Assembly: GCA_050115495.1 (NCBI GenBank)
Contig: JASFQK010000008.1
Span: 99,686-163,685, forward strand
From: Phycisphaerae bacterium
GTDB taxonomy: Bacteria; Planctomycetota; Phycisphaerae; UBA1845; Fen-1342
Length of the DNA: 64,000 nucleotides
Direction: 5' to 3'
Part shown: in pieces, positions 1 to 9,546 of the stretch
How positions within the stretch are numbered: position 1 is the stretch's first letter
How the letters are laid out: every line of letters begins with the position of its first letter
Notes under the pieces: generated by a model
What the model saw: the letters and a program-made list of their open reading frames with translations, nothing else
What the model was told of the DNA's origin: nothing
Databases searched by the model: none
Made by a program: the position numbers and the translations under genes

Positions 1-405
1 ACCCAGTGCGCGGATCGCTGCGTAGCGTAAGGCGACGCCGACGAGCATCAGCAGCCCGCCGGCGGCGGAGACGATGGCCGCGGCTGGCGACGCCGCGCAG
101 TTGCGGTGGAGCATCGCTGTCCAGAAGACGACAAGAATCCCGGCGCCGGTGGCGAGTGCCAGCCCATGAGCCTGTGTACCGGTCGCGTGCGCCTGCGCAG
201 GCCTCAGCTCCCCGCCGCACGGCGCGGCCGCGACGTCGACGAGGCACAACAGAGAGGCGAAGACCAGGAAGGCGATGAACGCAACATCGCCGGGAAGGCG
301 GGTTGGGCCGAGTTGAATCAACAGGGGGAGGAGCAGCAGGAACACGTGCGTGCTGAGGAATAGCAGCAACTTCGCGGCCGACCGTGGCGATGTAGAGCAG
401 CCCAC
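1..405 (-). CDS. Isoprenylcysteine carboxyl methyltransferase (ICMT)-family membrane protein, 3' end off window
   Basis: Manual minus-strand translation is hydrophobic (LLLFLSTHVFLLLLPLL...) and ends GGLLMLVGVALRYAAIRALG, the G..LR..AI..LG pattern of ICMT/PEMT-like proteins. The start (GTG 405) is uncertain. Not in the ORF track because no stop lies inside the window. Confidence 0.55.
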   Translation of the reverse strand, partial: MGCSTSPRSAAKLLLFLSTHVFLLLLPLLIQLGPTRLPGDVAFIAFLVFASLLCLVDVAAAPCGGELRPAQAHATGTQAHGLALATGAGILVVFWTAMLHRNCAASPAAAIVSAAGGLLMLVGVALRYAAIRALG

Positions 406-435
406 TTCGGCTCTCCGCAGATCGGCTTCACCCGG

Positions 436-1083
436 CTAGATCGATCCCGGCTCATGTGTCTGCTCGGGGTCTATCACCTCGGCGACGAGCCCGCGCAGGT
501 GCGCCTGCGACACGTGCAGGGCCTGAGCGATCGTGCCGATGACGGTTGATTCCCGCTCATGAATGGCGCCGTCCGCCGTAGCCACGGCCAGGGCGGCTCG
601 AATAACCAACTCCTTGCCCTGATCGTTCAGATGTGGTGCCAGCGACCGGAGCCAGGCGCCGAGGCCGTTGCCTTTCGCGCGTGCCTCGGCGATCGCCTCC
701 TCCAATTCGGCCTCGGCCAGTTCCTGCTGGAATACTTCCGCACAGACCCGCCGCATGGCCGCCAGTTCGATTCTCTCCACGTGGCCGTCGGCCACGGCGA
801 CGGCGGCCATGGCCTGCCGCACGGCCTGTCGAAACTGGTCCTCGAGCTGGGCCGCGTCCGCCTCCGGGTCGAATGACAGGACCTCGAGCTTGAACGACGT
901 TCGGCACCGCTGGCACTCGACATATTCAGACAGTTTGTCCAGGGGAATGAGCGGGATGAAGTACAGCGTGAAGAAGCGTCGCACGCGCTTGTGGGCGTAG
1001 GGTCGCCGGCAGCCGCACTCCGGGCAGTGAAACTCGCCGCGCCGCACCGTACCGGTAACGCCCCGTGTGCCGAAAATGATCAC
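436..1083 (-). CDS. Zinc-ribbon + TerB-like domain protein
   Basis: N-terminal IIFGTRG..CPECG..RRFFTLYFIPLIPL..VECQRC zinc ribbon, then TerB-like VAVADGHVERIE / VATADGAIHERE repeats. GTG start at 1083 follows a GGAGG RBS. Confidence 0.85.
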   Translation of the reverse strand: MIIFGTRGVTGTVRRGEFHCPECGCRRPYAHKRVRRFFTLYFIPLIPLDKLSEYVECQRCRTSFKLEVLSFDPEADAAQLEDQFRQAVRQAMAAVAVADGHVERIELAAMRRVCAEVFQQELAEAELEEAIAEARAKGNGLGAWLRSLAPHLNDQGKELVIRAALAVATADGAIHERESTVIGTIAQALHVSQAHLRGLVAEVIDPEQTHEPGSI

Positions 1084-1137
1084 AGTCGTTCCTCCCGGTG
1101 GGTCCCTGCTCGTCCCGTCAACCCGCACACCACGTCT

Positions 1138-1166
1138 ACGGTACGAACGCCATCCCAGGCAGTCAA
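1138..1166 (-). promoter_or_regulatory. Possible sigma70 promoter for the TerB-like gene
   Basis: Minus strand TTGACT-N17-TACCGT, about 55 nt upstream of the start. Confidence 0.35.
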
Positions 1167-1440
1167 GTATATTGGCGTGACGGCGCCCGGTTGCGCTCGG
1201 GCAGGAACGACGACATCAAGAGAAACTGGCAAATCCCTACGACGCCGCCCGGGGTCGGCTTCGGGGACGAGGCCGGACCGGGTGGCCTCGGCGTCGACCG
1301 CTAACCACTGGTTTGGTAACATCTTCGAGAGTGTGGCAGCGGGGCGGCGAACCTGTCCTGAGCGACCGGGCGGATCAACGATGTTGTTGGGCCGTGTTAT
1401 GACTGTAAGATCCGTGCGAGGCTCCCGGAGGTGCTGCATC

Positions 1441-2622
1441 ATGGCGCTCGTATTTCCGGCACTCGTGTTGTCGTGTCGGGCGCCCGGCGCGTCAGGACGC
1501 GGCGACGCTGGACCGCGTTCATCTTTCGACGGTGACTCCGCGGTGGTCCGGACCGAGAGGCTCTCCCCGGCGATCGACGCGATCGTCGCCGAGCAGGTCG
1601 AACCGGACGGCCCGGGTGTGGCGCTGCTGGTCGTTCACGCGGGGAAGATCCTGCACGCGCAGGGCTATGGCATGGCGGATGTGGAACATGGCATCCCGCT
1701 CACGCCCATTTCGATGATGCGCACCGCGTCGGTGTCCAAGCAGTTCACGGCCATGGCGGTCCTTCTTCTGGCAGAGGACGGGGCGATCAGGCTCGACGAT
1801 CCCGTCCGGCGGTTCTTCGATTCGCCGGTGTACGAGGGCATGACGGTACGTCACCTCTTGCAGCACACGTCCGGGCTCGCGGATTACTTCGACGTCTTCG
1901 AGAAGGACTGGGACCGCTCGAAGATCGTCACGAACGACGACCTGATCGAGTGGTACACGCGGACTGCGCCGAAACCCGCGTTTGCCTCCGGCGAACAGTG
2001 GCAGTACTCCGATGGCGGCTATTCGCTGCTGGCCTCGATCGTCGCCAAGGTGTCCGGCCGGAGCTTCCCGGCGTTCGTACGCGAACGCATTTTCGCTCCG
2101 CTGGGCATGAACCGCTCCCTGTTCTTCAACCTGGCCCAGCCGGAGCCGATGCAGAACCGGGCGTGGTGCTACGACAAGAGTGCAGATGGGCGGTTCGAGC
2201 GTGTCGATGGCAGTTACATGAACGGAGTTGTCGGTGAGGGCGGACTCTACACCACATTGCTGGACTACTACTTGTGGGATCAGGCCCTCTACGGCGAGCG
2301 GTTGTTGCCACACGAACGAATCGAAGAGGCTTACACGCCGGCTGTGCTGAATGACGGTACGCAGGCCATCGCCGACGACGCGATGTTCTGTAGTGATCCG
2401 GGCTACGGGTACGGCTGGATCACCGCGCAGCGCGGCGGCCGCCGCATCGTCTTCCATCCCGGCGATTGGTACGGAGCACGGGCCCTGACCATCCGGCACA
2501 TTGACGAGCGCTGCACGCTGGCCCTGCTCTCGAACAACGGGGAGATCTCGCTGGCCGACATCGCTCGGCGGGTCGACACGCTGGTTCGCGCCCACCTGGG
2601 ACTCGGCGACGCCGGCGAGTAG
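1441..2622 (+). CDS. Serine hydrolase (class C beta-lactamase/AmpC-like), probable lipoprotein
   Basis: SxxK (ASVSKQFT), LLQHTSGL, YSDGGY and HPG motifs; lipobox-like LVLSC. The start could be 1381. Confidence 0.9.
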   Translation: MALVFPALVLSCRAPGASGRGDAGPRSSFDGDSAVVRTERLSPAIDAIVAEQVEPDGPGVALLVVHAGKILHAQGYGMADVEHGIPLTPISMMRTASVSKQFTAMAVLLLAEDGAIRLDDPVRRFFDSPVYEGMTVRHLLQHTSGLADYFDVFEKDWDRSKIVTNDDLIEWYTRTAPKPAFASGEQWQYSDGGYSLLASIVAKVSGRSFPAFVRERIFAPLGMNRSLFFNLAQPEPMQNRAWCYDKSADGRFERVDGSYMNGVVGEGGLYTTLLDYYLWDQALYGERLLPHERIEEAYTPAVLNDGTQAIADDAMFCSDPGYGYGWITAQRGGRRIVFHPGDWYGARALTIRHIDERCTLALLSNNGEISLADIARRVDTLVRAHLGLGDAGE

Positions 2623-2968
2623 CGACGAGCAGGATTCTCAGCGGATTGCGGCGTTCGGCAGCGTCGGCCGTTGCGGTAGAAGGGCGACACGTCATATCGC
2701 GAATCCTTATCCGCCGCGCTCCTCCGCGCGATAATGTCGCGTGTCGGGGCCAGCGCCCGGCGGTTCTCTCTGGATAGCAGCTTCAATGCCCTTCAACGAG
2801 ACAACAGGGCGCCGGTGCTTCGTCGCCGTAACGAGGCATCACCACGCCGGACGTTATGAGTCCTGCCACACACGGTGCGCATTTTCTTTTTGACTTCGCG
2901 AAGCTCACGCCATAGCATCTGGCCTGCCTGGAATTCGTGACCCGGGCGTTTACCCATGAGAGGAGAGA

Positions 2969-3865
2969 GTGGTGTCTTATCTGTCGCGCGCGCTTGTCGC
3001 GCTCACTTTGCTTGCAGCCGTTACCTGTGCCAATGCCGACACGCTGAACGAGTGGAACCTCATCGTGCGTCACGATCTGGTCACCTCGTCCGAGGTCGAC
3101 GGCAGCGCCATGATTGGCGGCAATCTGAGCGGTACGTCGAATTACGCGATTCACGGCGTTACCGCCTTCAATGGCGACGGGCTGGTCGTCGGTGGCGACA
3201 TCACCGGCGGCACCGTGCAGGTCAATAATGGCGGCAACCTCCGCATCGGCGGGGCGGTGCAGTCCGGCGCCACCGTGCTGCTGAACGGCGGCGGTGCGCA
3301 GATCGACGACCTGACCACGCCGGCGATGATCAGCGCGGCGTTCGCCCACGTGGAGGCGATCAGCGCTGTGTTCGCGAGTCTGACCGCGAACGGCACGCTC
3401 GACGGTGCCGGCAACATGACCGCCACGCCGACGGTCATGGACGGCCAGAGCGTCGCCGTCTACAACCTGTCGAACGATGACTTCCAGAACCTCGGCCAGC
3501 TCAACCTCGTCATGGGCTCGGCGGACACGGTGATCATCAACGTGACGTCCAGCGGCGGCGTGGTCGACTTCCGCGCTCCGCCGAACATCATCGGCGGCTT
3601 CAACCAGAACAACTCGTCGCGGATTCTGTGGAATCTGCCCGATGCGACCAGCGTGTTGGTGAACAACTCGTTCAACGGCGCGTTGCTCGCCCCCTTCGCC
3701 GACCTGGATCTTCAGGGTGGCGGCATGAACGGCACGGTCGTGGTTGATTCGATCAGCCACATGAACGCCGAAGTGCGGCAGTTCACGTACACCGGCTACG
3801 TGCCCGAGCCGGCGTCGCTGGGGTTGCTGGGTGCGGGCGGCCTGCTGGTGCTGCGCCGCCGCTAG
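2969..3865 (+). CDS. Choice-of-anchor A family PEP-CTERM protein
   Basis: Signal peptide; Gly/Asn-rich beta domain (WNLIV..DL..SSEVDG, ILWNLPDAT, GALLAPFA); C-terminal VPEPASLGLLGAGGLLVLRRR. Confidence 0.85.
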   Translation: MVSYLSRALVALTLLAAVTCANADTLNEWNLIVRHDLVTSSEVDGSAMIGGNLSGTSNYAIHGVTAFNGDGLVVGGDITGGTVQVNNGGNLRIGGAVQSGATVLLNGGGAQIDDLTTPAMISAAFAHVEAISAVFASLTANGTLDGAGNMTATPTVMDGQSVAVYNLSNDDFQNLGQLNLVMGSADTVIINVTSSGGVVDFRAPPNIIGGFNQNNSSRILWNLPDATSVLVNNSFNGALLAPFADLDLQGGGMNGTVVVDSISHMNAEVRQFTYTGYVPEPASLGLLGAGGLLVLRRR

Positions 3866-3906
3866 GCCGGACGCACAGTCCGCTGCATCGGTCTGAGTAA
3901 CTCGAC

Positions 3907-3934
3907 GCGGAGGCGCCCTCCGGGGCGCCTCCGC
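3907..3934 (+). terminator. GC-rich stem-loop downstream of the PEP-CTERM gene
   Basis: Perfect 12-bp stem gcggaggcgccc-tccg-gggcgcctccgc; the U-tract is weak. Confidence 0.55.
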
Positions 3935-4087
3935 TGTCTCATTTGCTGCACGTGGGGGGAAGTCGAAATTACGTCGGATCAAACGCGTCGCTCGCTCGGC
4001 GGTGGTGTTGATCACGCCGCGTTGTGCCTTGTGGAGATGGAGGAACGGAGGTAAGAAGACAGACCGCGTCGGATATGGAGTGCGGCG

Positions 4088-4249
4088 TTGCTGCTGACGA
4101 TTACGACAACCCGGTCGCCGGCGACTGACCTGGGGTGGCTGCTGCACAAGCATCCGGCCAAGGTTCAGGCGTTTGGATTGCCGTTCGGGCAGGCGCACGT
4201 GTTCTATCCGGAGGCGACGGAGGAGCGGTGCACGGCGGCGCTGCTGCTC
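4088..4249 (+). pseudogene. hen1: N-terminal fragment of bacterial Hen1 (RNA 3'-terminal 2'-O-methyltransferase, Pnkp-associating domain)
   Basis: MLLTITTTRSPATDLGWLLHKHPAKVQAFGLPFGQAHVFYPEATEERCTAALLL matches the conserved Hen1 N-terminus. Similarity stops after about 54 aa, with no MTase domain and no pnkp. Confidence 0.85.
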
Positions 4250-4848
4250 TGCCGAGTGCGGGATTGCGACGACGAGCAAGCACCACGTTGGCTGTCGCGG
4301 ATAGTCGATCCGCGAGACGTAGTTCGGGTGCTGCTCGAGCGTGCCTCTCGTCTATGCCGCGGCTGCCACGTAGCGTTGCAGACCAACTTGTCCGAATCGT
4401 TGATCACACGCCCCCGACACCAGGATCGCGCCACGCTGCAAACGCCAGCCTGGCGGCCCGTTCCAGAAACAGGTGGATATGGCGTGGCTGCTGGCCTGCA
4501 ACGTAAGTGCTTATCTGGCAGTGCTATACAGGCGGCGCGCCGGCTTAAACAACAATGTAGCCGGACAAGGTTGCCAACGCTGCTGTGGCGACAGCCTGAC
4601 GTGGCCGTCGCACACTGGTAGACTATGGTGCAGCGGCGAAACGCCCAGCCTACTCGCGCGGGGAGCGGAGGTGCTGGCGATGGTCGCATCACCAAGGAAC
4701 AGGTGCGTGGCCCTCTGCGGGGGTAGAGCGCGCATACGTCCAGGGATGGCCGTTCACGCCGCCGTACGTCACGGACCATTGAATCGTGAGCGACAACTCG
4801 CTGACCGGGAAGCGAATGCGGGGACCTTCTATCTTCAGGAGTGAAACC

Positions 4849-7017
4849 ATGTATATTCCAACACGGTCTTCGACGGGCGGCCAGTGGCTCATTCTGGCGG
4901 TGGTGGTTTCAGGCTTCGTCGTTGTTGGCTGTTCACCTGTCAAAACAGACTCCGATACTGATGGGGATGGTGTTGGGGATATCATCGACGCGTGTCTAGA
5001 CACGCCGGGCTGCGCCGTGGTCGATGAAAACGGCTGCCCCATCGACAGCGACGGTGATGGAACGTATGACGGTTGCGGCGAGTTGCCCGGAACTACGATT
5101 CGAGTGGGGGATGATCCGCTGTTGGGTCTCGCTTACGGCGCCTTTCGTCAGCACGAACGTCCCGAGGGTCTCCAGCCGACGCTTGAGGAGATTCGAGAGG
5201 ACTTGGAGATTCTCAAAGCGATTCTGTCATCGCCGCCACGAATCCGAATCTACTCGGCCACCCGTGGGAGTGGGTTTGCCGCGACCGAAGCGGCGGGCCG
5301 TGGATTTCAGGTCACGCTCGGCGCGTGGATTGGCAAGGATGCGGAGGCCAATAGAGAGGAGATTAGGGCCCTGATCAACATAGCGAACAGCTATCCGCTC
5401 GCAGCTGCGATAGTGGGTAACGAGGCGATCTGGCGCAAGGACGTCTCGCCAGACGAATTGGCCGGCATGATTCTCCAGGTGAAGGAAGCTCTACCCGAAG
5501 GCGTGCTCGTGGGCACAGCTGAACTAAGTGAGACTTGGATGACAGAGGAGGCGAAGGTTGTTGCAGACGCGTCGGAAGTCCTGCTGGTTCACGTTCATCC
5601 GTACTGGGATAAGGAGTCGGTGGAGCAGGCAGCCGCGGCAGTGTTTGATCGCTATGACGACGTAGCCCAGGCGTACCCAAGCAAGGTCGTGATCATTGGC
5701 GAGACAGGATGGCCGAGCGCAGGCCAGATCGAGGGTAAAGCTGTTCCGTCTCCGGATTACCAAGAGGCCTTCATGGTCGATTTCGCGAAGAGGAACGCAG
5801 AGCGTCGCATCGCGACGTTCTTCTTCTCGGCCTTTGACGAGCCGTGGAAAGGGGCAGGGGAACGCCCGCCGGATGAGGCCATCGCCAGCGCAGGATACGG
5901 TGGGAATCCGATCGAAGGAGACACGGGAGCCCATTGGGGCGTGCTTCGCTGGAACCGGACAGTGAAGTCGAATCTCGCTGACCAGTTCGCCACCGTCCCG
6001 GAGCCGCCCTGCCACACGCGGGAGTTCGTTGTCTTCACGCAAGGGACCCTGTCGCCAGGACACGGTATGGGCGTTGATTCTTCCTCGGGGCGCGGCGACT
6101 GGGTCGTGACATCGGAATACCTGCGCCTTGACTATCCGGCGGGGCAGTGCTGGGGAAGCGTGTTTGTGACTGTGGGTGAACCAGCGGCGGAGGTCCCGCG
6201 GCCCGACTTCGAAGATCTGAGTGAATTCGGTTGGGTGGCCTTTGACGTGCGCGGCGAGATGGGCGGCGAGACCCTCGAGGTAGCGGTGAAGGACAACCAG
6301 GCCGCGGACGATGGGACGGAACCAAAGGTGCGCGTGGTCGGACTGGAGACCGCGTGGCGTTCTGTGGCGATTCCCCTGGACAACTTCGACGGGGTTGATC
6401 TCACACGCGTATGCGTTCCGGTATCGTTCAACCTCGTCGGGATGAATGCGCAAACCGTGTTCGTCCAAAACGTCCGGTACGTACCTGTGGAATGCCCAGT
6501 GACGTCCGAGCTTGCAGTAACTCGAGTTGCTCGACCTGCGACAGCAGAGGGAGATGTCTTCGTGGACGGCTGCATGGGAAGGTGGTACGCGATGGGTCTA
6601 GACACGTCCGAGGGAGTCCACGATTGGGCTGAGACGGTTAATGGGGCCCTATGCCTGTCGTACCCCGGGGGCCAGCGGTGGGGTGCGATGTCCATCGTCG
6701 TTCAGGAGCAGACCGTACAGCGGCCACGGCCACACTACCAGGACTTCTCGTCGTACGGGCGGCTGGTTTTCGAAGCCCGCGGAGATGTTGGCGGTGAGTC
6801 CTTTGAAGTAGGTGCAAAGGACCGGTACGCGCCCGACACGGGGCAAGAGACCAAGGTGACCGTTGGCCCGCTGACGTCAACGTGGGAGTACTTCTCCATT
6901 CCCATCGATGAGTTCGTGGGTACGGAGTTCGGCGAGCTATATGTGCCATTTGAGGCAGTGTTTGAGGGCAGCACTGGGAGAACAGTGTTTATCAGAAACA
7001 TCCGATACGGGCCGTAG
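4849..7017 (+). CDS. GH17-like beta-1,3-glucanase lipoprotein with thrombospondin-3-like Ca repeats and two carbohydrate-binding-like domains
   Basis: Lipobox VVVGC; DTDGDGVGD..DAC repeats; GH17 motifs IVGNEA, HPYW, IGETGWPS, AFDEPWK; duplicated C-terminal domain (YP.GQ.WG...D.S.(F/Y)..L.F..RG..GGE..EV..KD...D.G.E.K). AGGAG RBS. Confidence 0.85.
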   Translation: MYIPTRSSTGGQWLILAVVVSGFVVVGCSPVKTDSDTDGDGVGDIIDACLDTPGCAVVDENGCPIDSDGDGTYDGCGELPGTTIRVGDDPLLGLAYGAFRQHERPEGLQPTLEEIREDLEILKAILSSPPRIRIYSATRGSGFAATEAAGRGFQVTLGAWIGKDAEANREEIRALINIANSYPLAAAIVGNEAIWRKDVSPDELAGMILQVKEALPEGVLVGTAELSETWMTEEAKVVADASEVLLVHVHPYWDKESVEQAAAAVFDRYDDVAQAYPSKVVIIGETGWPSAGQIEGKAVPSPDYQEAFMVDFAKRNAERRIATFFFSAFDEPWKGAGERPPDEAIASAGYGGNPIEGDTGAHWGVLRWNRTVKSNLADQFATVPEPPCHTREFVVFTQGTLSPGHGMGVDSSSGRGDWVVTSEYLRLDYPAGQCWGSVFVTVGEPAAEVPRPDFEDLSEFGWVAFDVRGEMGGETLEVAVKDNQAADDGTEPKVRVVGLETAWRSVAIPLDNFDGVDLTRVCVPVSFNLVGMNAQTVFVQNVRYVPVECPVTSELAVTRVARPATAEGDVFVDGCMGRWYAMGLDTSEGVHDWAETVNGALCLSYPGGQRWGAMSIVVQEQTVQRPRPHYQDFSSYGRLVFEARGDVGGESFEVGAKDRYAPDTGQETKVTVGPLTSTWEYFSIPIDEFVGTEFGELYVPFEAVFEGSTGRTVFIRNIRYGP

Positions 7018-7081
7018 TTGCCGCTTTGAAAGCTCCACGTGGGCGCGATCAAGGCGGGCACGCTTAGTCAGCGCGATCGGG

Positions 7082-9028
7082 TTAGTCAGCACTTCGTGCT
7101 ACCCTGAAACCCACATTAACATGGCTGCTCGTCATTTCCTCGTCCCGTTCCGCCCTCCACGTGCAGAAACGAAGCTCATCACCCCAAGAACCGCCCATTC
7201 GGGGCTTTCTCGCACTCAAGCGACGGTCCTCGAGATCCCAGTCGTCCCAGTCACACCACTCTGCCACGTTGCCGCTGAGGTCGAAGAAGCCCAGAGGATT
7301 CGGGCAGAAACTTGCTACCGGGGCCGCGAACACGAAGCCGTCATCAGCGGCCATTGCGTCAACGATGTCCATCCGCTGTGCGAGGGATCGGTCCGGCAGG
7401 TTCGCAACCATCCCGGCCCAGTCTCGATCCGTTCGCCAGTTGGGTTCGTGCAGGTATTCGTAACGTCCCCACCAGAAGGAAGTCCGGGTATCAGCGAGAG
7501 CAGCGCACGTCCATTCGGCACGTGTCGGTATGCGATATCCGTCTGTCTTTCTACGTGGTGTAATCTGACTGCCTTCGATTTGGTAGTACGGTTCGAGCCC
7601 CTCGAGCGTGCTCAACCAGTTGCAGAAGTGAACGGCGTCCACCCAACTGACATGAACGACTGGCAACGCCGGAGTCGTGTAAGCAACGGGGCCGGGTAGG
7701 CCGGCATCTCTCCAGTTTGCGCCTTCAAGCTGGTTCCACTGGTAATTGAAGTCAAGGCCCCAGGACACTCCGTTTTGCTCAGCAGTCGTCCTGTATGCAG
7801 TTGCCTCGACGAATGCCTGGAATGCGGCAACGGTTACTTCTGTACTGCTGAGGTAATACTCTTCAAGCGGCCGCGTTGCTCCGGGGGTCTCGAGTTTTGC
7901 ATCGTCCAACCGGATAACTGTCAACCCTGCCGGATTGCGGTACCAGCCGAACGCAGGCGGCTTTCCGGTACCAACGCTTTGCATGTGGGAATCCCAGCCG
8001 AATCGCCAGAGCACCCAGTGCACGAGGGTGTCGAGACCGGCGGCGTGGCCAAGCGTAGCTTTCTGGATGGCGAGAAGTCGCTCCGCTATGTCAGAACGAG
8101 TTTTCTTGTCCATGAACCTGTCGGGTCCGGCAACCCCGAGGGCAGCGATCGCGCCATCACGAATCTGTGCCTCCGTCGATAGGGGGAGTTGCACGGTGGA
8201 ATCAGCCAATCTCAAGAGCGTCGGCAGGGTATGCTGGTTGACCCACATGGGGGCGGCCCCGAGGACCCACCATCGGAGCGAAGGATCCCCGTTGTGCGCA
8301 AAAGCCTGATCGAGGACTTCCTCAAGAGCGTCGTCTTCGCTGATCTGGAGGAGGCATATCGCGGCGTTTCCTCTCTGTGCGCAACTCAGTGAAGTGTTTG
8401 CCAGAACGCCCCGCAGCAGCTGGCGACTGGCCCGAGCAGGCAGTTGTCGTTGGTGTACGCTCAAGTACTCCTCGAGTTGCATCAGTGATGCTGCCCGGGT
8501 TACCTCTGCCGCGGCACGCCGCGAATCCTCGGCACGCCGTGCGGCCATGCCGGTCCAGAGGCCGTAGGCCAAGGTGCAAAGCAAGAGAAAACCGTTGATG
8601 GGTCTGCTCAGAACTATGATGACTGTGACCACACGTCCGTTGAGGTGCCGCAGGCTGACCAGCAACACGAGGATGGCAACGGAGAGACTGAACAGCCACA
8701 GAGGTATCATGCGCAATAGAGCGATTGCGCCGATCACAATCGTCACGTACGCGGCGAACCGTACGGGATCTCTCCACGGTGGCCACCAGAGGTGCCAGTA
8801 GCCCGCGTGAACGGGCGCGGCTGGCGTTGAGGAGATCGACTGTGGGGGCTGCGAAGCGTCCTGAGGCGGCGGTGTGCTGTTGGCATGAGGGGCAGTGCCT
8901 GGGGGGGGGGCAACGGAATCTGGTGGAACGCTTGCACCAGCAGACGTCGTGCTCGATGACTTAGTAGACGTGTGCGTCCCGTCGCCCCGTTCAGTCCTGC
9001 CGCGTTTCTTTCGGCCGGAAGTAGCCAT
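7082..9028 (-). CDS. Membrane-anchored FGE-sulfatase (SUMF1/EgtB/PvdO) domain protein
   Basis: Low-complexity N-terminus, TM segments, helical middle, then TEVT, PVVHVSWVDA..FCNWLS, YRIPTRAEW, NPLGFFDLSGNVAEWC, GGSW, GFRVAR. Confidence 0.9.
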   Translation of the reverse strand: MATSGRKKRGRTERGDGTHTSTKSSSTTSAGASVPPDSVAPPPGTAPHANSTPPPQDASQPPQSISSTPAAPVHAGYWHLWWPPWRDPVRFAAYVTIVIGAIALLRMIPLWLFSLSVAILVLLVSLRHLNGRVVTVIIVLSRPINGFLLLCTLAYGLWTGMAARRAEDSRRAAAEVTRAASLMQLEEYLSVHQRQLPARASRQLLRGVLANTSLSCAQRGNAAICLLQISEDDALEEVLDQAFAHNGDPSLRWWVLGAAPMWVNQHTLPTLLRLADSTVQLPLSTEAQIRDGAIAALGVAGPDRFMDKKTRSDIAERLLAIQKATLGHAAGLDTLVHWVLWRFGWDSHMQSVGTGKPPAFGWYRNPAGLTVIRLDDAKLETPGATRPLEEYYLSSTEVTVAAFQAFVEATAYRTTAEQNGVSWGLDFNYQWNQLEGANWRDAGLPGPVAYTTPALPVVHVSWVDAVHFCNWLSTLEGLEPYYQIEGSQITPRRKTDGYRIPTRAEWTCAALADTRTSFWWGRYEYLHEPNWRTDRDWAGMVANLPDRSLAQRMDIVDAMAADDGFVFAAPVASFCPNPLGFFDLSGNVAEWCDWDDWDLEDRRLSARKPRMGGSWGDELRFCTWRAERDEEMTSSHVNVGFRVARSAD

Positions 9029-9546
9029 GTCTCCGCATTCTCAGTTGGGCGGTTGACGGCTGGATGTGCCACACGCTCAGCCTATCGAGGGTGGCGCGGC
9101 CCTGCGGTGGCCAACCCGTGCGCCGGATGAGGTCCCTGAGGCGTGGTTTCCGACCGGCGCACAACGATTCCGCTACGATTGACTGTCTACCGGGAGTGTA
9201 ATCCGACAAGAGGTGAATGTCCACGGCGAGTGGTCGCCCGGAGAAAACAGCGCCAAGCCAGTGCAGGAGAGGCTTTCGTGCCCGGCGCCAGCTCATTGGA
9301 CAATGGCTTGTTGCGTTTCTTAAACGGACGAAATCCAGCAACGGCTGGCCGCCCAGCGGGTGTTGGCGTTTGTCACCTGGATGAAGCGCTGGGTGGACCC
9401 TGGCAGACAGGTGGCGTCGTTCCGGCCGGCAGCCGGAGTGATTCGCGTAGTTGGGCGTGGGGCGCAAGACGGGTTCGGGGGTGGTCGGTCCAGGCCGTGG
9501 GTAGAGATGATCCACTGAGCGCTTGAATCTCCGCCACGCCCCGGTG

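Noticed and set aside
1441..2622. Bona fide antibiotic-resistance beta-lactamase
   Set aside because: The motifs only establish the broad serine hydrolase family; the substrate cannot be inferred.
2783..4279. Long antisense or alternative-frame ORFs (also 19961..21604, 21701..23581, 38682..40895, 45919..47457, 51242..52987)
   Set aside because: Shadow ORFs of GC-rich genes with recognisable motifs on the other strand; R/P/A-rich translations without domains.
4250..4621. Remainder of the 177-aa ORF as a real Hen1 fusion
   Set aside because: Sequence after AALLL lacks Hen1 features and looks like read-through into unrelated DNA.
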